Assembly: GCA_963806035.1 (NCBI GenBank) | Contig: CAWDWO010000035.1 | Location: 1-64,000 of the forward strand | Source of the DNA: Candidatus Krumholzibacteriota bacterium | GTDB taxonomy: Bacteria; Krumholzibacteriota; Krumholzibacteriia; JAJRXK01 | Direction: 5' to 3' | DNA length: 64,000 nt | Part shown: positions 19,249 through 31,456 of the stretch, piece by piece | Numbering within the stretch: the first letter of the stretch is position 1 | How the letters are laid out: each line of letters begins with the position of its first letter | Translations under genes and position numbers: made by a program | The notes under the pieces: generated by a model | Database searches by the model: none | Told to the model about the DNA's origin: nothing | Seen by the model: the letters and a program-made list of their open reading frames with translations, nothing else

Positions 19249-20241
19249 TCAATTTTCGGGGGGGGGCGTGCCCTCGAGATAGCCGTAGAGCTCGTGGCGA
19301 TGCCGGAGAAGTTTGAAGCCCAATTTGCGGGCCAGGTTTTCCTGCAGCTCTTCGATCTCATCGCTGCGGAACTCGATGATCTTGCCGGTCCTCTGGCAGA
19401 TCATGTGATCGTGATGTTCCAGCCCGCGCGTCTCGTAGCGCGTGCGGCCGCCCTCGAAACTCCGGCTGGCAGCGAGCCCGGAATCGACCAGAAGCTTCAG
19501 AGTTCGGTAGACCGTGGCGTAGCCGATCTGCGGATCGCGGCGTTTCACCTCGGCGAGCAAATCGTCGACGCTGACGTGACCCTCGAGCTTGGAGAAAACC
19601 TCGACGATGAGGTCGCGCTGCCGGGTGGATTTCAGCTGCTCACGCGCGAGGTACTTGCGGAAGGCGCTGGGGAGACTCTCCGCCGAACGGCGCTCGAAGG
19701 AAGCGGGAACGGATCCCTGGTCGCTGAACGGACGTCCGCCGAGAGAATCCTTTCCCGCCTCCGGGTTGTAGCGGCACGGCCGGCCCGCCGCGACTTCCTG
19801 ACAGACCCCGTAGAGTTCGTGGCAATGACTTTCCAGATGAAACCCGGCCTTACTGGCCACTTCCTCCTGCAGCTTCTCGACCTCGGGCAACTTGAATTCG
19901 ATGACCAGGCCGCACTCGGTGCAGATCAGGTGGTCGTGATGCTCCGGGCTGCGAACTTCGTAACGACTCTCGCCATCCCCGAAGTGACGCACGCTGGCCA
20001 GTCCCGATTCCACGAGAAGCTTGAGCGTGCGGTACACCGTCGCGTAGCCGATGCCCTTTTCCGTGCGGCTGACTTGCTTCAGCAGATCCTCGACACTGGC
20101 GTGTCCTTCCATGCGCGCGAAGACGCCCACGATCGCCTCGCGCTGACGCGTGCACTTCAGGTTCTCGCGCAGGAGGTAGGCGCGGAATTCTTCGACCAGT
20201 GCGGAGGAATTCCGCACGGGAGAGGACTTTGTATCGTCCAT
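19249..20241 (-). CDS. fur: Tandem two-domain Fur-family transcriptional repressor
   Basis: Two complete Fur domains, each with TRQR, IGYATVYRTLKLLV(E/D)SGL, HHDH(L/M)IC and HELYG, joined by a ~35-aa linker. Confidence 0.9.
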   Translation of the reverse strand: MDDTKSSPVRNSSALVEEFRAYLLRENLKCTRQREAIVGVFARMEGHASVEDLLKQVSRTEKGIGYATVYRTLKLLVESGLASVRHFGDGESRYEVRSPEHHDHLICTECGLVIEFKLPEVEKLQEEVASKAGFHLESHCHELYGVCQEVAAGRPCRYNPEAGKDSLGGRPFSDQGSVPASFERRSAESLPSAFRKYLAREQLKSTRQRDLIVEVFSKLEGHVSVDDLLAEVKRRDPQIGYATVYRTLKLLVDSGLAASRSFEGGRTRYETRGLEHHDHMICQRTGKIIEFRSDEIEELQENLARKLGFKLLRHRHELYGYLEGTPPPEN

Positions 20242-20284
20242 GACCAAGCCTCCCCCGGAGGAGAATCGGAGGGCGCCCTCAGGA

Positions 20285-20336
20285 ATTGAAAATGACTATC
20301 AATGCCGAAACTAGGTGAGGCTCAGGGGGCTGTCAA
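20285..20336 (-). promoter_or_regulatory. sigma70 promoter of fur-alr with overlapping Fur box
   Basis: Minus-strand TTGACA (20336-20331)-17 nt-TAGTTT (20313-20308); palindrome ATTGAAAATGACTATCAAT at 20285-20303 covers the predicted start site. Confidence 0.75.
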
Positions 20337-21862
20337 GCGGTGGCGGAGCTGGGCGCGTCGAGGCTGGTGAACTGGGCTTCCTTCCCGTCGTGCTCGATGA
20401 GGACGGGTTTGTCCTGGTAGACGCTCTCGATGCAAACCGGCTTGCCCCACAGGGAACAGAGATTGGCCAGGGTGGCCTTGGCGTACTCGATGTCCAGGGG
20501 GATGCCCTCGTAGGTGTGCTTCAGGTACAGAATGCCGTGGCCCTTGTAATCGGCGTCTACGATCGAAATGAGGGGATGCCCGCCGTTGGTGAGCTGGGCC
20601 AGCAGCTGCCGTTTGATCTTGGCGAATTCCCGGCTCGCGATCACGTACTGGTCCGTCTCGAGGTCGTAGCGGTAGATGAACATGCGGTTCTCTTGGGCGA
20701 ACTCTTCGGTGAGGAAGGTGTCGATGAAGGTGACATCGTTGTGCACCGTGCGTACCTCGAAGATCTTCTGCCGTCCCTTTCCCGCTCCCGTGTCCCAGTT
20801 TTTACGCTCTTTGAAGTTCTCGCAATCCTCGTACTCGCTTCCGAAGCGGCCCTTGTTCCAGCGCTCCTCGATGTCGCGGTAGAGATAGAGGCCGAACTTG
20901 TACGGATTCAGCGAGCCGTTTCCGCCCATGGTGCCGCTGTGGTGGTCGGCGAAATCCACGATCTCCGCGTCGTTGAGCACTTTCTCGGTCATGATCCTGG
21001 AGTGCCAGTAGCTGGCCCATCCCTCGTTCATGATCTTGGTCTGCCATTGCGGGGCGAAGTAATAGGCCTCGTCGCGAATCATTCCCAGGATGTCGCGCTG
21101 CCAGCGGGTCAAGGGGGCGTGGTGGAGGAGGAAGAGCAGTACGTCGCGCTCGGGCGCTCCGGGAAGTGCTTGGCGGCGTCGCTCCTTCTCTTCCTGTGCG
21201 CGCCTCTGCGCTTTCCTCCGGCGCGCCGGCGCTGGCGTTGATGAAACTGTCCATGTAGGACTTGGCTTGGAAGCGCACGCGCGGGCCGCCTGGGTTCGGG
21301 CGCGGCTCGTCTCTCGATCGTCGTCGGCTGCGTGCTCGAGGAAGACGCGGAGTGGACGTCGATCAGGTCTCTCGAGGAGAGGCAGCGATCGAGAAACGCC
21401 TCGACCTCCTCGAGCCCGTAGCGGTCGATGTAGCGGCGGATGCGCGAGGCGTGGTTGGCCATGGTGTCGATCATCTGCCGGTCGGTGCGCGAGAACCAGA
21501 CGTTGTTCTTGAAGAAGTCGCAGTGGCCGTAGACGTGGGCCATGACGAGCTTCTGGTCGACCAGCGTGATTGCCTTCATGAGGTAGGCGTAGCAGGGGTC
21601 GTTGTTGATGACCAGTCTCGTAGATCTTGCTGAGCCCGTAGGTGTGGCCCTTGCTGAGCTGCTCGTACTCCATGCCGAAGCGCCAGTGGGGATAGCGCAT
21701 CGGGAATCCGCCGTAGCGACGCGACCTCGTTCATTTGGTCGACAGTCGAGCACCTCGAAGATCGATCTCGAAGAAGTCGAGCCCGTACTCGCGGGCGTAC
21801 CACGCGATCTTCGCTTTCCAGCCCCTGGAGATCGTTCGCTCAAGCTCGCCAGGCCGGCTCAC
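20333..21862 (-). CDS. spoVR: SpoVR family protein (5' half frameshifted in this sequence)
   Basis: [47 protein letters not shown] and [13 protein letters not shown] are spread over several frames. Confidence 0.85.
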
Positions 21863-22976
21863 CTTCCCTTCCCGAGGAAGTCCTTGATGCTGTCGTAGAT
21901 GTCGTCCTTGGGTCGATCTGTCGTGACCAGGTTGTCCGTCGTCCTGCAGATGTTCGTCGAGTCGCGCTTGAACTGCCCGAGCCGTATGGCGACGTCGACC
22001 TGGCCGTAGCTGAACTGGTTGACGGTCGGGCAGCAGCGGTGTCCTCGAGGAGCTGCAGGCATCGTCGGTGTCGCCGCCGCCCCAGTTGTCGCCGTCGGAG
22101 AAGTGGAACAGGATAGATGTTCCATTCGTCGGCGGGATAATCCTCGTCGATGATCTCGGCGCACATGGTGTAGGCGCTGCTGATCTTCGTCCCGCCCGCT
22201 CTCGCGAGTGTGGAAGAAGGTCTCGCGATCGACCTCGCGGGCCGCCGCGTCGTGGACGATGTAAGCGCGATCTCGCAGGTCCTTGGTACTGGCTGCGGAG
22301 CCAGGTGTCGATCCAGAAGGCTTCGATCCGGACGATCTCCTTCTGCTCGTCGCCCATCGAGCCCGACACGTCCATCATGTAGATGATGACCGCGTTGGAC
22401 TGGCGGGCTGTTCGCACCTTCACCGAGCGGTAAGCTTGTCGCTCCTGATCGGAACGATCATCGGGATTGTCCGGGTCGTAGGTCCCGGTCATGATCTGGC
22501 GCTGCAGAGCCTCGCGGTAGCGTGCGTTTGAAGTGGCGCAGCGACTCGGGGCCCGACCGGCGGATGCCGCTGTAGCGGTAGCGTGGCCGCGTTGATGTTG
22601 CTTCGCCCTGCGGCTCGATGCGGGGCAGCTCGAGCTCCTCGCCGAGGATCTTGGCCAGCTCGTCGATGCTGACGTCGACTTCGAGCATGTGCTGGCCCGG
22701 CTCTTCTCCGGCAGTGCCCTGGCCCTCGCCCTCGCTGTCCCGGCGATACGGGTCTTCGCCCTCGGCTGCCCTCGCCGACGCCGATCCCGGCCTGGTTCTT
22801 GCGCCGTAGCGGAAGCGGGGGATGTCGATCCGCGGAACGGGGATGGAGATCCGGCCTTGCCCTGGCGGCCGATCAACTCGCCCGTGCGTGATGTAGCGGC
22901 GCAAGTTCTCCTTGATCCGCCCGCGGACGATGTCCTGGAAACGGTGGAGATCACGATCGATGCGGCTGATCTGCAT
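21859..22976 (-). CDS. DUF444 (YeaH/YhbH) family protein, multiple frameshifts
   Basis: [44 protein letters not shown] and [14 protein letters not shown] occur in different frames. Confidence 0.85.
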
Positions 22977-22990
22977 CCCGGCCGCCTTCG

Positions 22991-25069
<2,079 letters not shown>

Positions 25070-25122
25070 CGTGCTCTCCCGCAATTGGGGCTCTTGGCTG
25101 GAAGATCGTGTACAGCATGGGC

Positions 25123-25139
25123 TGCAATCTCCATACCAA
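25123..25139 (-). promoter_or_regulatory. sigma54 (-24/-12) promoter of the prkA operon
   Basis: Minus-strand TTGGTATGGAGATTGCA = GG-N10-GC, about 55 bp upstream of the prkA start. Confidence 0.7.
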
Positions 25140-25300
25140 GCTCAAGGGTCGTGTCAACTGATGTGATAGCAGGCCGTTGCGTTCGTAGACTTGCAACGGC
25201 ATGGAGAGGAACTCGCCGCTGACATCCTCAACTTAGCCATGGTATGCGGGGGGCGTCAAGCAGACCGCGGGGCGCCGCGAGGGAGCAAAAGCGCCGCAAT

Positions 25301-26077
25301 TCAGCGCAGAATCTGCAGGCGCGCGGCCTCGGAGTCGCTGGCGGCCACGGTCCACAGACCCTTGCCGTCCCAGCTGAGGCTCACGAATTCTCCGGGCCGG
25401 TAGAACGCGTCCTTGGCGATGACGGCATCACGCCGACCGGTGGTTCCCGAGAGCCGGTAGAGCCGGCCGGTACTGGCGTCGGCCGACCAGAAGTGATAGC
25501 CGTCGTAGGCCAGCCCGGTGGGATAGAAAGCGGGCGCCGAGACCTTCTTGGAGACGCGGCCCTCTTCGGTGTCCACCCGCAGGATGTTGCGCGCGTCGCA
25601 GTCGACCACCCACAGGTAGAGTCCGTCATAGGCGATACCCCCGGGATGATGACCGGGGGCGGCAAGCGTGGCGAGAACCTTGCCGCTGCCCGGCGAAATC
25701 TGATAGATCCCGCTGCTCACCCCCAAGAGGCTGCCGCTGCTCCACCAGTTCTCACCATCGGAAGCCAGGCCAGTTTCGAACTCGTCGGACTGGGTGCTCA
25801 GGACGCGTAGATTTCCCGAAGAGGCCTGCCAGCGCATCAGACTGGCCTGAAAGCTGGAATCGGGAGCGGAGAGTCCCCGATTCGAGGTGGCCAGGAGCAC
25901 GACCGAATCCTGCTCGAAGAGCAGACCCCGCACCCCATCGGTGGGCAGCGGAAGCCGTGCATCCACCACGGCGTCGATTTCCGGCAGGGATTGCAGATCC
26001 ACCGCGACGGCGGAGCCCACAAGCCCCAGCACGAGCAAAGAAGCGCCCGCGAGGATGCGCGCATTCCGGAGCTTCAC
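25301..26077 (-). CDS. Secreted beta-propeller protein (glutaminyl-cyclase/YncE-like repeats)
   Basis: Signal peptide; repeats GLASDGENWW, GIAYDGLYLW, GLAYDGYHFW and LSWDGKGLW. Start uncertain. Confidence 0.7.
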   Translation of the reverse strand: MKLRNARILAGASLLVLGLVGSAVAVDLQSLPEIDAVVDARLPLPTDGVRGLLFEQDSVVLLATSNRGLSAPDSSFQASLMRWQASSGNLRVLSTQSDEFETGLASDGENWWSSGSLLGVSSGIYQISPGSGKVLATLAAPGHHPGGIAYDGLYLWVVDCDARNILRVDTEEGRVSKKVSAPAFYPTGLAYDGYHFWSADASTGRLYRLSGTTGRRDAVIAKDAFYRPGEFVSLSWDGKGLWTVAASDSEAARLQILR

Positions 26078-26194
26078 GACGGGTTCAAACCTCGAAAGGA
26101 AGGAGATGGAGGATCTTTGCGAAGGGTGAGGCACACGCTAGCTCAGAACTCACGGCGTGTCGACGCGATTCTCCCGGCGGAGAAGCGGGGAGGA

Positions 26195-26370
26195 GACACG
26201 AACGCCGGGCCTCGAAAAGAGACCCGGCGCACGGTAGCACAACGATTATCGCGATCCAACGGATGGCAGTCGCACGATGTCCTTACTGGCGAAGCGGTGA
26301 AAGCCCCTCGTATTCCTGACACACCTCCAGCCGCCCCCGCCAGTAAGTAGGCTCGTTTGCCTATCCGAGG
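26195..26370 (-). ncRNA. Candidate sigma54-dependent small RNA (~175 nt)
   Basis: Lies downstream of a -24/-12 motif; 10-bp perfect inverted repeat 26282-26291/26338-26347 extended by G-U pairs; 3' GC hairpin 26203-26229; no good ORF. Confidence 0.5.
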
Positions 26371-26380
26371 CTTACCAATA

Positions 26381-26397
26381 GGCATATTGCATGCCAG
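26381..26397 (-). promoter_or_regulatory. sigma54 promoter with upstream IHF-like site
   Basis: CTGGCATGCAATATGCC (GG-N10-GC); IHF-like TAAGCCTTTGGTA near 26432-26444; AT-rich palindrome ATATTT-CAGC-AAATAT at 26513-26528. Confidence 0.65.
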
Positions 26398-26550
26398 CTA
26401 CTGATCCAATTGGGGGGCGGGAGCGTCCTTGTAAGCCTTTGGTAGTTTTACAGTTACAAAAACAACCCAAGGTCATCCCAGGGTTCAAAAAACTACACCA
26501 TCAAAGAATTTTATATTTCAGCAAATATTTTTACGACTTGGGGACAAAGT

Positions 26551-26913
26551 CTAAAGCTCGGAATGGCCGGTTTCATCCGAAGTGGTGGCCGATTCGAACT
26601 CGACGGTGTCGATGACCTCGCCGTCGTAGAGCAGGCGATCGGGGTCGCCCTTGAGGAGAATGCGGACGCGCGTGGACTCGTTCTTCTGCAGAGCGTCGAT
26701 GACGCCCGTGATGAGGTCCTTCCCCGACTGCACCGTGAGCTCGATGGGCTTGTCGGTGGTCACTTGCAGCACTTGCGTGCCGAGATTGAGTTCGTGGGTC
26801 CCCGCATCCAGCGTGGTCTTGATGGCCCATTTGGCCTGCGCCGGCGTCAGCGCGACAACGGTGAAGAGTGCGACGAAGAGGAGAAGTACGGCGATAGAGC
26901 CTTTGCGGAACAT
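26551..26913 (-). CDS. Small secreted hypothetical protein
   Basis: AGGAGG RBS; signal peptide MFRKGSIAVLLLFVALFTVVALTPAQA; beta-rich mature part. Confidence 0.75.
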   Translation of the reverse strand: MFRKGSIAVLLLFVALFTVVALTPAQAKWAIKTTLDAGTHELNLGTQVLQVTTDKPIELTVQSGKDLITGVIDALQKNESTRVRILLKGDPDRLLYDGEVIDTVEFESATTSDETGHSEL

Positions 26914-27031
26914 GGAAACCCTCCTCCTGGGGTCGTTGGCAGGGTGCTCCCAGCCTTGGGTATCATACGATTCTTTGGTCGCCGAGGGAACCCCTTTTCT
27001 GGCTCGTTTTCGGCCAGCGGCGATCCTCGAA

Positions 27032-30000
27032 CTAGGCCCGCGCGCGCTTCTGGCGCAGGATCGCTCCTTCTTCGCCTTCGCCACTGAGGGCGGCATAGCG
27101 GCGTAAACGACTGTAGAGCGTGGGCTTGGTGATTCCCAGCAGACGCGCCGCTTTCGTCTTGTTTCCGACGGCCTGCACCAGCTCCCAGGCGATTTGCAGC
27201 TCGAGACGCGGCATCAGAGGCCTCTGTTCGGAGTAATCCTCGCTCTCGATCAGGCCACGAACGGTGTCCTCGAGCTTGGGACGGCGGTGCATGCGCAGTC
27301 CCTTGGCGCCCAGCCGCGGCAAATCCTCCACCCGCAGAAGATCGCGGCTCGCGAACACGATCGCCTTTTTGATGACGTTCTCCAACTCGCGGATGTTGCC
27401 CGGCCAATCGTAGTTCGTGAGCCGGTCGATGGCCTCTTCGGTGATCCCCCGCACCGGGCGCCGAAATTCGCTGGAGAACGAGAGCAGGAAATGGTGGACC
27501 AGCGGCCGGATGTCCTCGCGCCGTTCGCGCAGCGGTGGCAAGCGAATGGAAATGACGTTGAGCCGGTAGAAAAGATCCATCCGGAAGCGCCCCTGCTCCA
27601 CTTCCTCGGTCAGGTCCCGGTTCGTGGCGGCGATGACCCGCACGTCGCTGCTGATGTTCTTGCTGCCCCCCACGCGCGTGAAGGTCTTGTCCTGCAACAC
27701 GCGCAACAACTTGGCCTGCATGGCCAGGGGCATCTCTGCGATCTCGTCGAGAAACACGCTTCCGCCGTGGGCGCGTTCGAAGAGACCGATGCGCCGATCG
27801 ATGGCCGAGGTGAAGGCGCCCTTCTCGTGTCCAAAGAGCTCGCTCTCCAGGAGAGTGGGAGGAATCGACGCGCAGTTGACCGCCACCATTTCTTTTTTGG
27901 TTCTGGGGCCCGCGTTGTGGATGGCGCGCGCCACGAGGTCCTTCCCGGTACCGTTCTCTCCGAGAATCAGGATGGTGACGTCGTTTCCCTTGACCATTTC
28001 GATCATGCGCAACACTTCGCGGATCTCCGGACTGTTCCCGATGATGCCGTAGGTGGCGCCCGGCTGTTCCTTCTCTTCGCTGGCGAAGGACTCCTCGGGG
28101 ACTTGGGTCGCGGCCTGCCGTCCCGCCAGACTCAGGATGCCGGCCACCGTGAGCAGGAAAGCGAGTTCGCCTTCGTCGAGCGGACGATCGCGCTTCACGC
28201 AGAGCCAACCGACGTCCGCGCCACGCACTCGCACTCCGGTGAAGGGCCGCGTCTGGAAGCTCGTTGCCGTCCGGCCCGCTTTCGTCTTGGACACCAGCTC
28301 CTGCAGCTTGCTGGGCGCCGCCTGTTCGCTGACTTTTCCGCGCACCAGAGCGAGCGAACGCTGCCGCGGAGTGCGCATCCAGTGCACCTCCGGGGCGGCC
28401 AGGACCGCAGCCACCATACGGAGAACCGCGCCGGGGCGACCCGCTTCGAGATCGCCTCCCGGCCCCAAGAGTTCGGCGAGCGTCTCCAGCTTGTGATCGG
28501 TGGCGGCGGGCGCGGGACTGCCGATGAAGCTTTCCTCCAGCCGCCCCTCCAGTTCGTGAAAGAAGGCGGGCAGACGGTGGATCTCGTGACGCATCGCCAG
28601 CTCGCGCGCCTCCTGGAAGCTCACCCGCGCTTCGGACTTGTGACCCGATTCCCACTCGAGTTCCGCGCGGCGAGCAAGGCAGTCGAGTTGTAGGTCGTAA
28701 CGCCGCATGCCGCCGAAGCTCCGCGCCGCCTTGTTCAAGACTCCGCGCGCTTCCTGATGTGCGCCGTCGGCCCGGAGAATCTCGGACTGGAAGACCTGCA
28801 GCATCGAGGCCTCGTAGAGCGAGGGAACCGTGGTCAACAGTTCGCGCGCCTCCTCCAGCCTCTGTTTGGCCTCCTTCAAGTTCTTCAGCTTCAACATCAG
28901 CCCCACGATGCGCCGGAGGGTGGCCAAACGCTCGGTCTCGTAGTTTTGGGCCCGGCACAGTTCCAGATCCCGCAGGAGAAGATCCCGCGCCTCCTGGTAG
29001 TGTCCCTCGCCCATGGCCGCTTCGCCGAGCAAGCCGTGCGCTTCGGCTTCCATTTGCCGGTGACGGTAGCGGCGCGCGACGTGGAGGCATTCCGCGGCAC
29101 AGGCGCGCGCGCGCTGATACTCCCGTTGATCGATCGCGAGCAGACCCAGATTGAGTTGGGTCACCGCGACGCCGAGGGTGTCGCCCGCCTTCACCTTGGC
29201 TTCGAGACTTCGTTTCAGACAGCGCTCCGCCTCGGACAGTCGGCCCAAACTGCGGTAGGTGAGCGAGAGGTTGTTGTAACTGCGCGCGACGCCCATTGCG
29301 TCACCAACTTGTTCGCGCAGCACCAGCGCGCGCTGCAAATTGATGAGGCTCTGCGCGTAATTGCTCTCCTCGTATTGGACCACTCCGAGCTGATTGTAGG
29401 CGCGCGCGACTTCGTGCGGATAGCTCTCCCCGTCCAGGATCTTCAGCACGAGTTCGCAGTAGTTGGCGGCTTCGCGAGTGCGCCCCAACTTCAGCAGCGC
29501 CCACGAGATGTCGAGATAGAGCCTGGCGCGGAGATGGGTGGGGAGATCTTCTCCGTAGCGTTCCAGCGCCCCCGCGATGAGAGTCTGGGTTTCGGTGTGG
29601 CGGTTGCGGTCGCGCGTGATCGCGCCCAGCTCCAGAGTGAGTTCCGCCGCCATCGGCACCAGCTGCCGGCCGGTCTGCCCCCCTTCGTCGGCGATGCCTT
29701 TCAGTCCACCCTTGAGCAGTTCCTCGGCGCGTGTCAATTCTCCCGCGCGACGGTGCAGACCGCCCATGACCAGCGCAGCCTTGGCCCGGTCCTCACTCTT
29801 GAGATTCGCGTCCTGCCCGGCGGCAAGAAGGCATTCGTAGACCGCGTACTGCAGAAAGGGATCGTCCAGGCGTTCGGCGAGAGCGACGAGCTGCCGCGCC
29901 AGCGCCGCTATTTTCGGCGAGTCGGTGGCCAGGGCGTGACGCAGCCGCAGCCAGAGACAGCCCGGACCGCCGCGGCCCGAGAGTTTCTCCAGGGAGGCCG

Positions 30001-31357
30001 CGAGCAATCTCTCCACCTCGGCCGCGCGCTCCGCGCTGCACTCCACTCTCGCTTGCGCGGGGAGCGCGAGCACGAGTTCCGCCACCGCGCCCACTTCGTC
30101 GACGAAGCCGTAAGAGAATTCCACCTGATCCTGCGCGAAGAGCTGAGTCGTGGCCGCGGCGAATTCTTCCTCGGATACCGAAAGCGTGAGCAGGAGCATG
30201 GAAGCGGCCAGCGGTCGCGCAGCTTGTTGCAGTGCCTCGAGAATTCTTCCCTGAAGGCTCGCGCTCTTTTCGATCGTGACCAGTTGCTTGGGCGGTTCGG
30301 GCAGCATCCACTCGAAGGCCTTGCCCTCGCGTCCCCGCCTCAAGTCATCCAGGTAGAGTCGCGCCGCTTCCTCCTTTTCGCCTTTGGGAACGAGGACCAG
30401 TAGAATCTCCGTTCCTCCCCAATAGCCCGCCCCTTTCAGGCGCTGCAAGCTCTCGGCGAAAGCGGGATAGCTGGCGAAGTCGCGCAAAACCACGAGAGGG
30501 CCACCGCTCTCTTCGCTGCCGCGGCCTCCACGACTCAGGGGCGAGGAGGCGTGCGGCCGGAGCACGACCTGCCTGCGCTCGGAAGTTTGCGCCCAGCTCA
30601 GCGCCAGCTGCTCGGCCTCTTCCCGCGCCCGGGCACTGCCCGACAAAATCAGGCATCCTCCTTCCTCGCGCGAAGATTCCAGAGCCTGCGCCAGGGGAGA
30701 GAGCGCGGCCGGCATCGGCGCATCGCTCTCCTCGGCCACCAGCGTCCGCTGCAGCTCGCTGATCTCCTCGCGCTCGCCGGCCTGGAGTCGCCCGCCCGCC
30801 ATTTTCAGGTAGCGGCGGCACAGAGCCGAAAGCTCCTCGCGCAAATTCCACACTTCCTGCCGGCAAGAATTGGCATCGCGATGACGGTGCACTTGCGCCG
30901 GTGGAAGTACGTAAGAACTGGGCAAGAAGAAGGGGCCCTCCTCGTCGCGGTAGAGCGCGGAGAGCGAGAGGCGGCCGCCCGGGCAAGCTCCCTTCAGAAG
31001 CTCGTCGAGTCCCTCGAGGACCCCGCGCAAGTCCCGGATGGCCTGGCTGCCCTCGAAGGCCAGGAGCTGGATCTCCCAGGGATGGGCTTCGATCGGCGGC
31101 AGGAAGAAGTGCAGACTGTCGCGCGACTCGACCACGGCCAAGGGCGCCAGCTCACGGAACAGCTTCCCGGGCGCGAAGCTGGCCAAGCGCACTCTCATGG
31201 CGAGTTCGTGGTGACAATCGCCGCGCGTGCGCACGCTCAGAAGCGAGCCCAGGGAGTCGGCGGCCAGATCGCGGGCCAGGTCCAGGGCCAGGGCTTCGTC
31301 CTCGTGCAGCGGCAAAAGGCGTTGAAAGCGTTGGGCGATGAGGTTCTCGTTGTTCAC
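27032..31357 (-). CDS. 1441-aa sigma54-dependent enhancer-binding protein with TPR array and degenerate N-terminal domains
   Basis: GENGTGKDLVARAIH, ESELFGHEKGAFTSA, FLDEI, WPGNIRELENVI, Fis-type HTH GNKTKAARLLGI; TPRs such as ARAYNQLGVV and ARSYNNLSLTY. Confidence 0.92.
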   Translation of the reverse strand: MNNENLIAQRFQRLLPLHEDEALALDLARDLAADSLGSLLSVRTRGDCHHELAMRVRLASFAPGKLFRELAPLAVVESRDSLHFFLPPIEAHPWEIQLLAFEGSQAIRDLRGVLEGLDELLKGACPGGRLSLSALYRDEEGPFFLPSSYVLPPAQVHRHRDANSCRQEVWNLREELSALCRRYLKMAGGRLQAGEREEISELQRTLVAEESDAPMPAALSPLAQALESSREEGGCLILSGSARAREEAEQLALSWAQTSERRQVVLRPHASSPLSRGGRGSEESGGPLVVLRDFASYPAFAESLQRLKGAGYWGGTEILLVLVPKGEKEEAARLYLDDLRRGREGKAFEWMLPEPPKQLVTIEKSASLQGRILEALQQAARPLAASMLLLTLSVSEEEFAAATTQLFAQDQVEFSYGFVDEVGAVAELVLALPAQARVECSAERAAEVERLLAASLEKLSGRGGPGCLWLRLRHALATDSPKIAALARQLVALAERLDDPFLQYAVYECLLAAGQDANLKSEDRAKAALVMGGLHRRAGELTRAEELLKGGLKGIADEGGQTGRQLVPMAAELTLELGAITRDRNRHTETQTLIAGALERYGEDLPTHLRARLYLDISWALLKLGRTREAANYCELVLKILDGESYPHEVARAYNQLGVVQYEESNYAQSLINLQRALVLREQVGDAMGVARSYNNLSLTYRSLGRLSEAERCLKRSLEAKVKAGDTLGVAVTQLNLGLLAIDQREYQRARACAAECLHVARRYRHRQMEAEAHGLLGEAAMGEGHYQEARDLLLRDLELCRAQNYETERLATLRRIVGLMLKLKNLKEAKQRLEEARELLTTVPSLYEASMLQVFQSEILRADGAHQEARGVLNKAARSFGGMRRYDLQLDCLARRAELEWESGHKSEARVSFQEARELAMRHEIHRLPAFFHELEGRLEESFIGSPAPAATDHKLETLAELLGPGGDLEAGRPGAVLRMVAAVLAAPEVHWMRTPRQRSLALVRGKVSEQAAPSKLQELVSKTKAGRTATSFQTRPFTGVRVRGADVGWLCVKRDRPLDEGELAFLLTVAGILSLAGRQAATQVPEESFASEEKEQPGATYGIIGNSPEIREVLRMIEMVKGNDVTILILGENGTGKDLVARAIHNAGPRTKKEMVAVNCASIPPTLLESELFGHEKGAFTSAIDRRIGLFERAHGGSVFLDEIAEMPLAMQAKLLRVLQDKTFTRVGGSKNISSDVRVIAATNRDLTEEVEQGRFRMDLFYRLNVISIRLPPLRERREDIRPLVHHFLLSFSSEFRRPVRGITEEAIDRLTNYDWPGNIRELENVIKKAIVFASRDLLRVEDLPRLGAKGLRMHRRPKLEDTVRGLIESEDYSEQRPLMPRLELQIAWELVQAVGNKTKAARLLGITKPTLYSRLRRYAALSGEGEEGAILRQKRARA

Positions 31358-31456
31358 GCGCGCATCCGTCCGCCGTGCTGAAGGGCTCAGAGTAGGGAAG
31401 AACTCCCCCTCACTCTACTCCAAGCGCAGGGCGGCCTTCAACCAGGCCCAGTAACA

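Noticed and set aside
26340..26365. GGCAAAC as a c-di-GMP-I riboswitch, or the adjacent stem as SRP RNA
   Set aside because: The rest of the c-di-GMP-I consensus (GACGCAAAG, P2 tetraloop) and the SRP GGAA/AGCAG motif are missing
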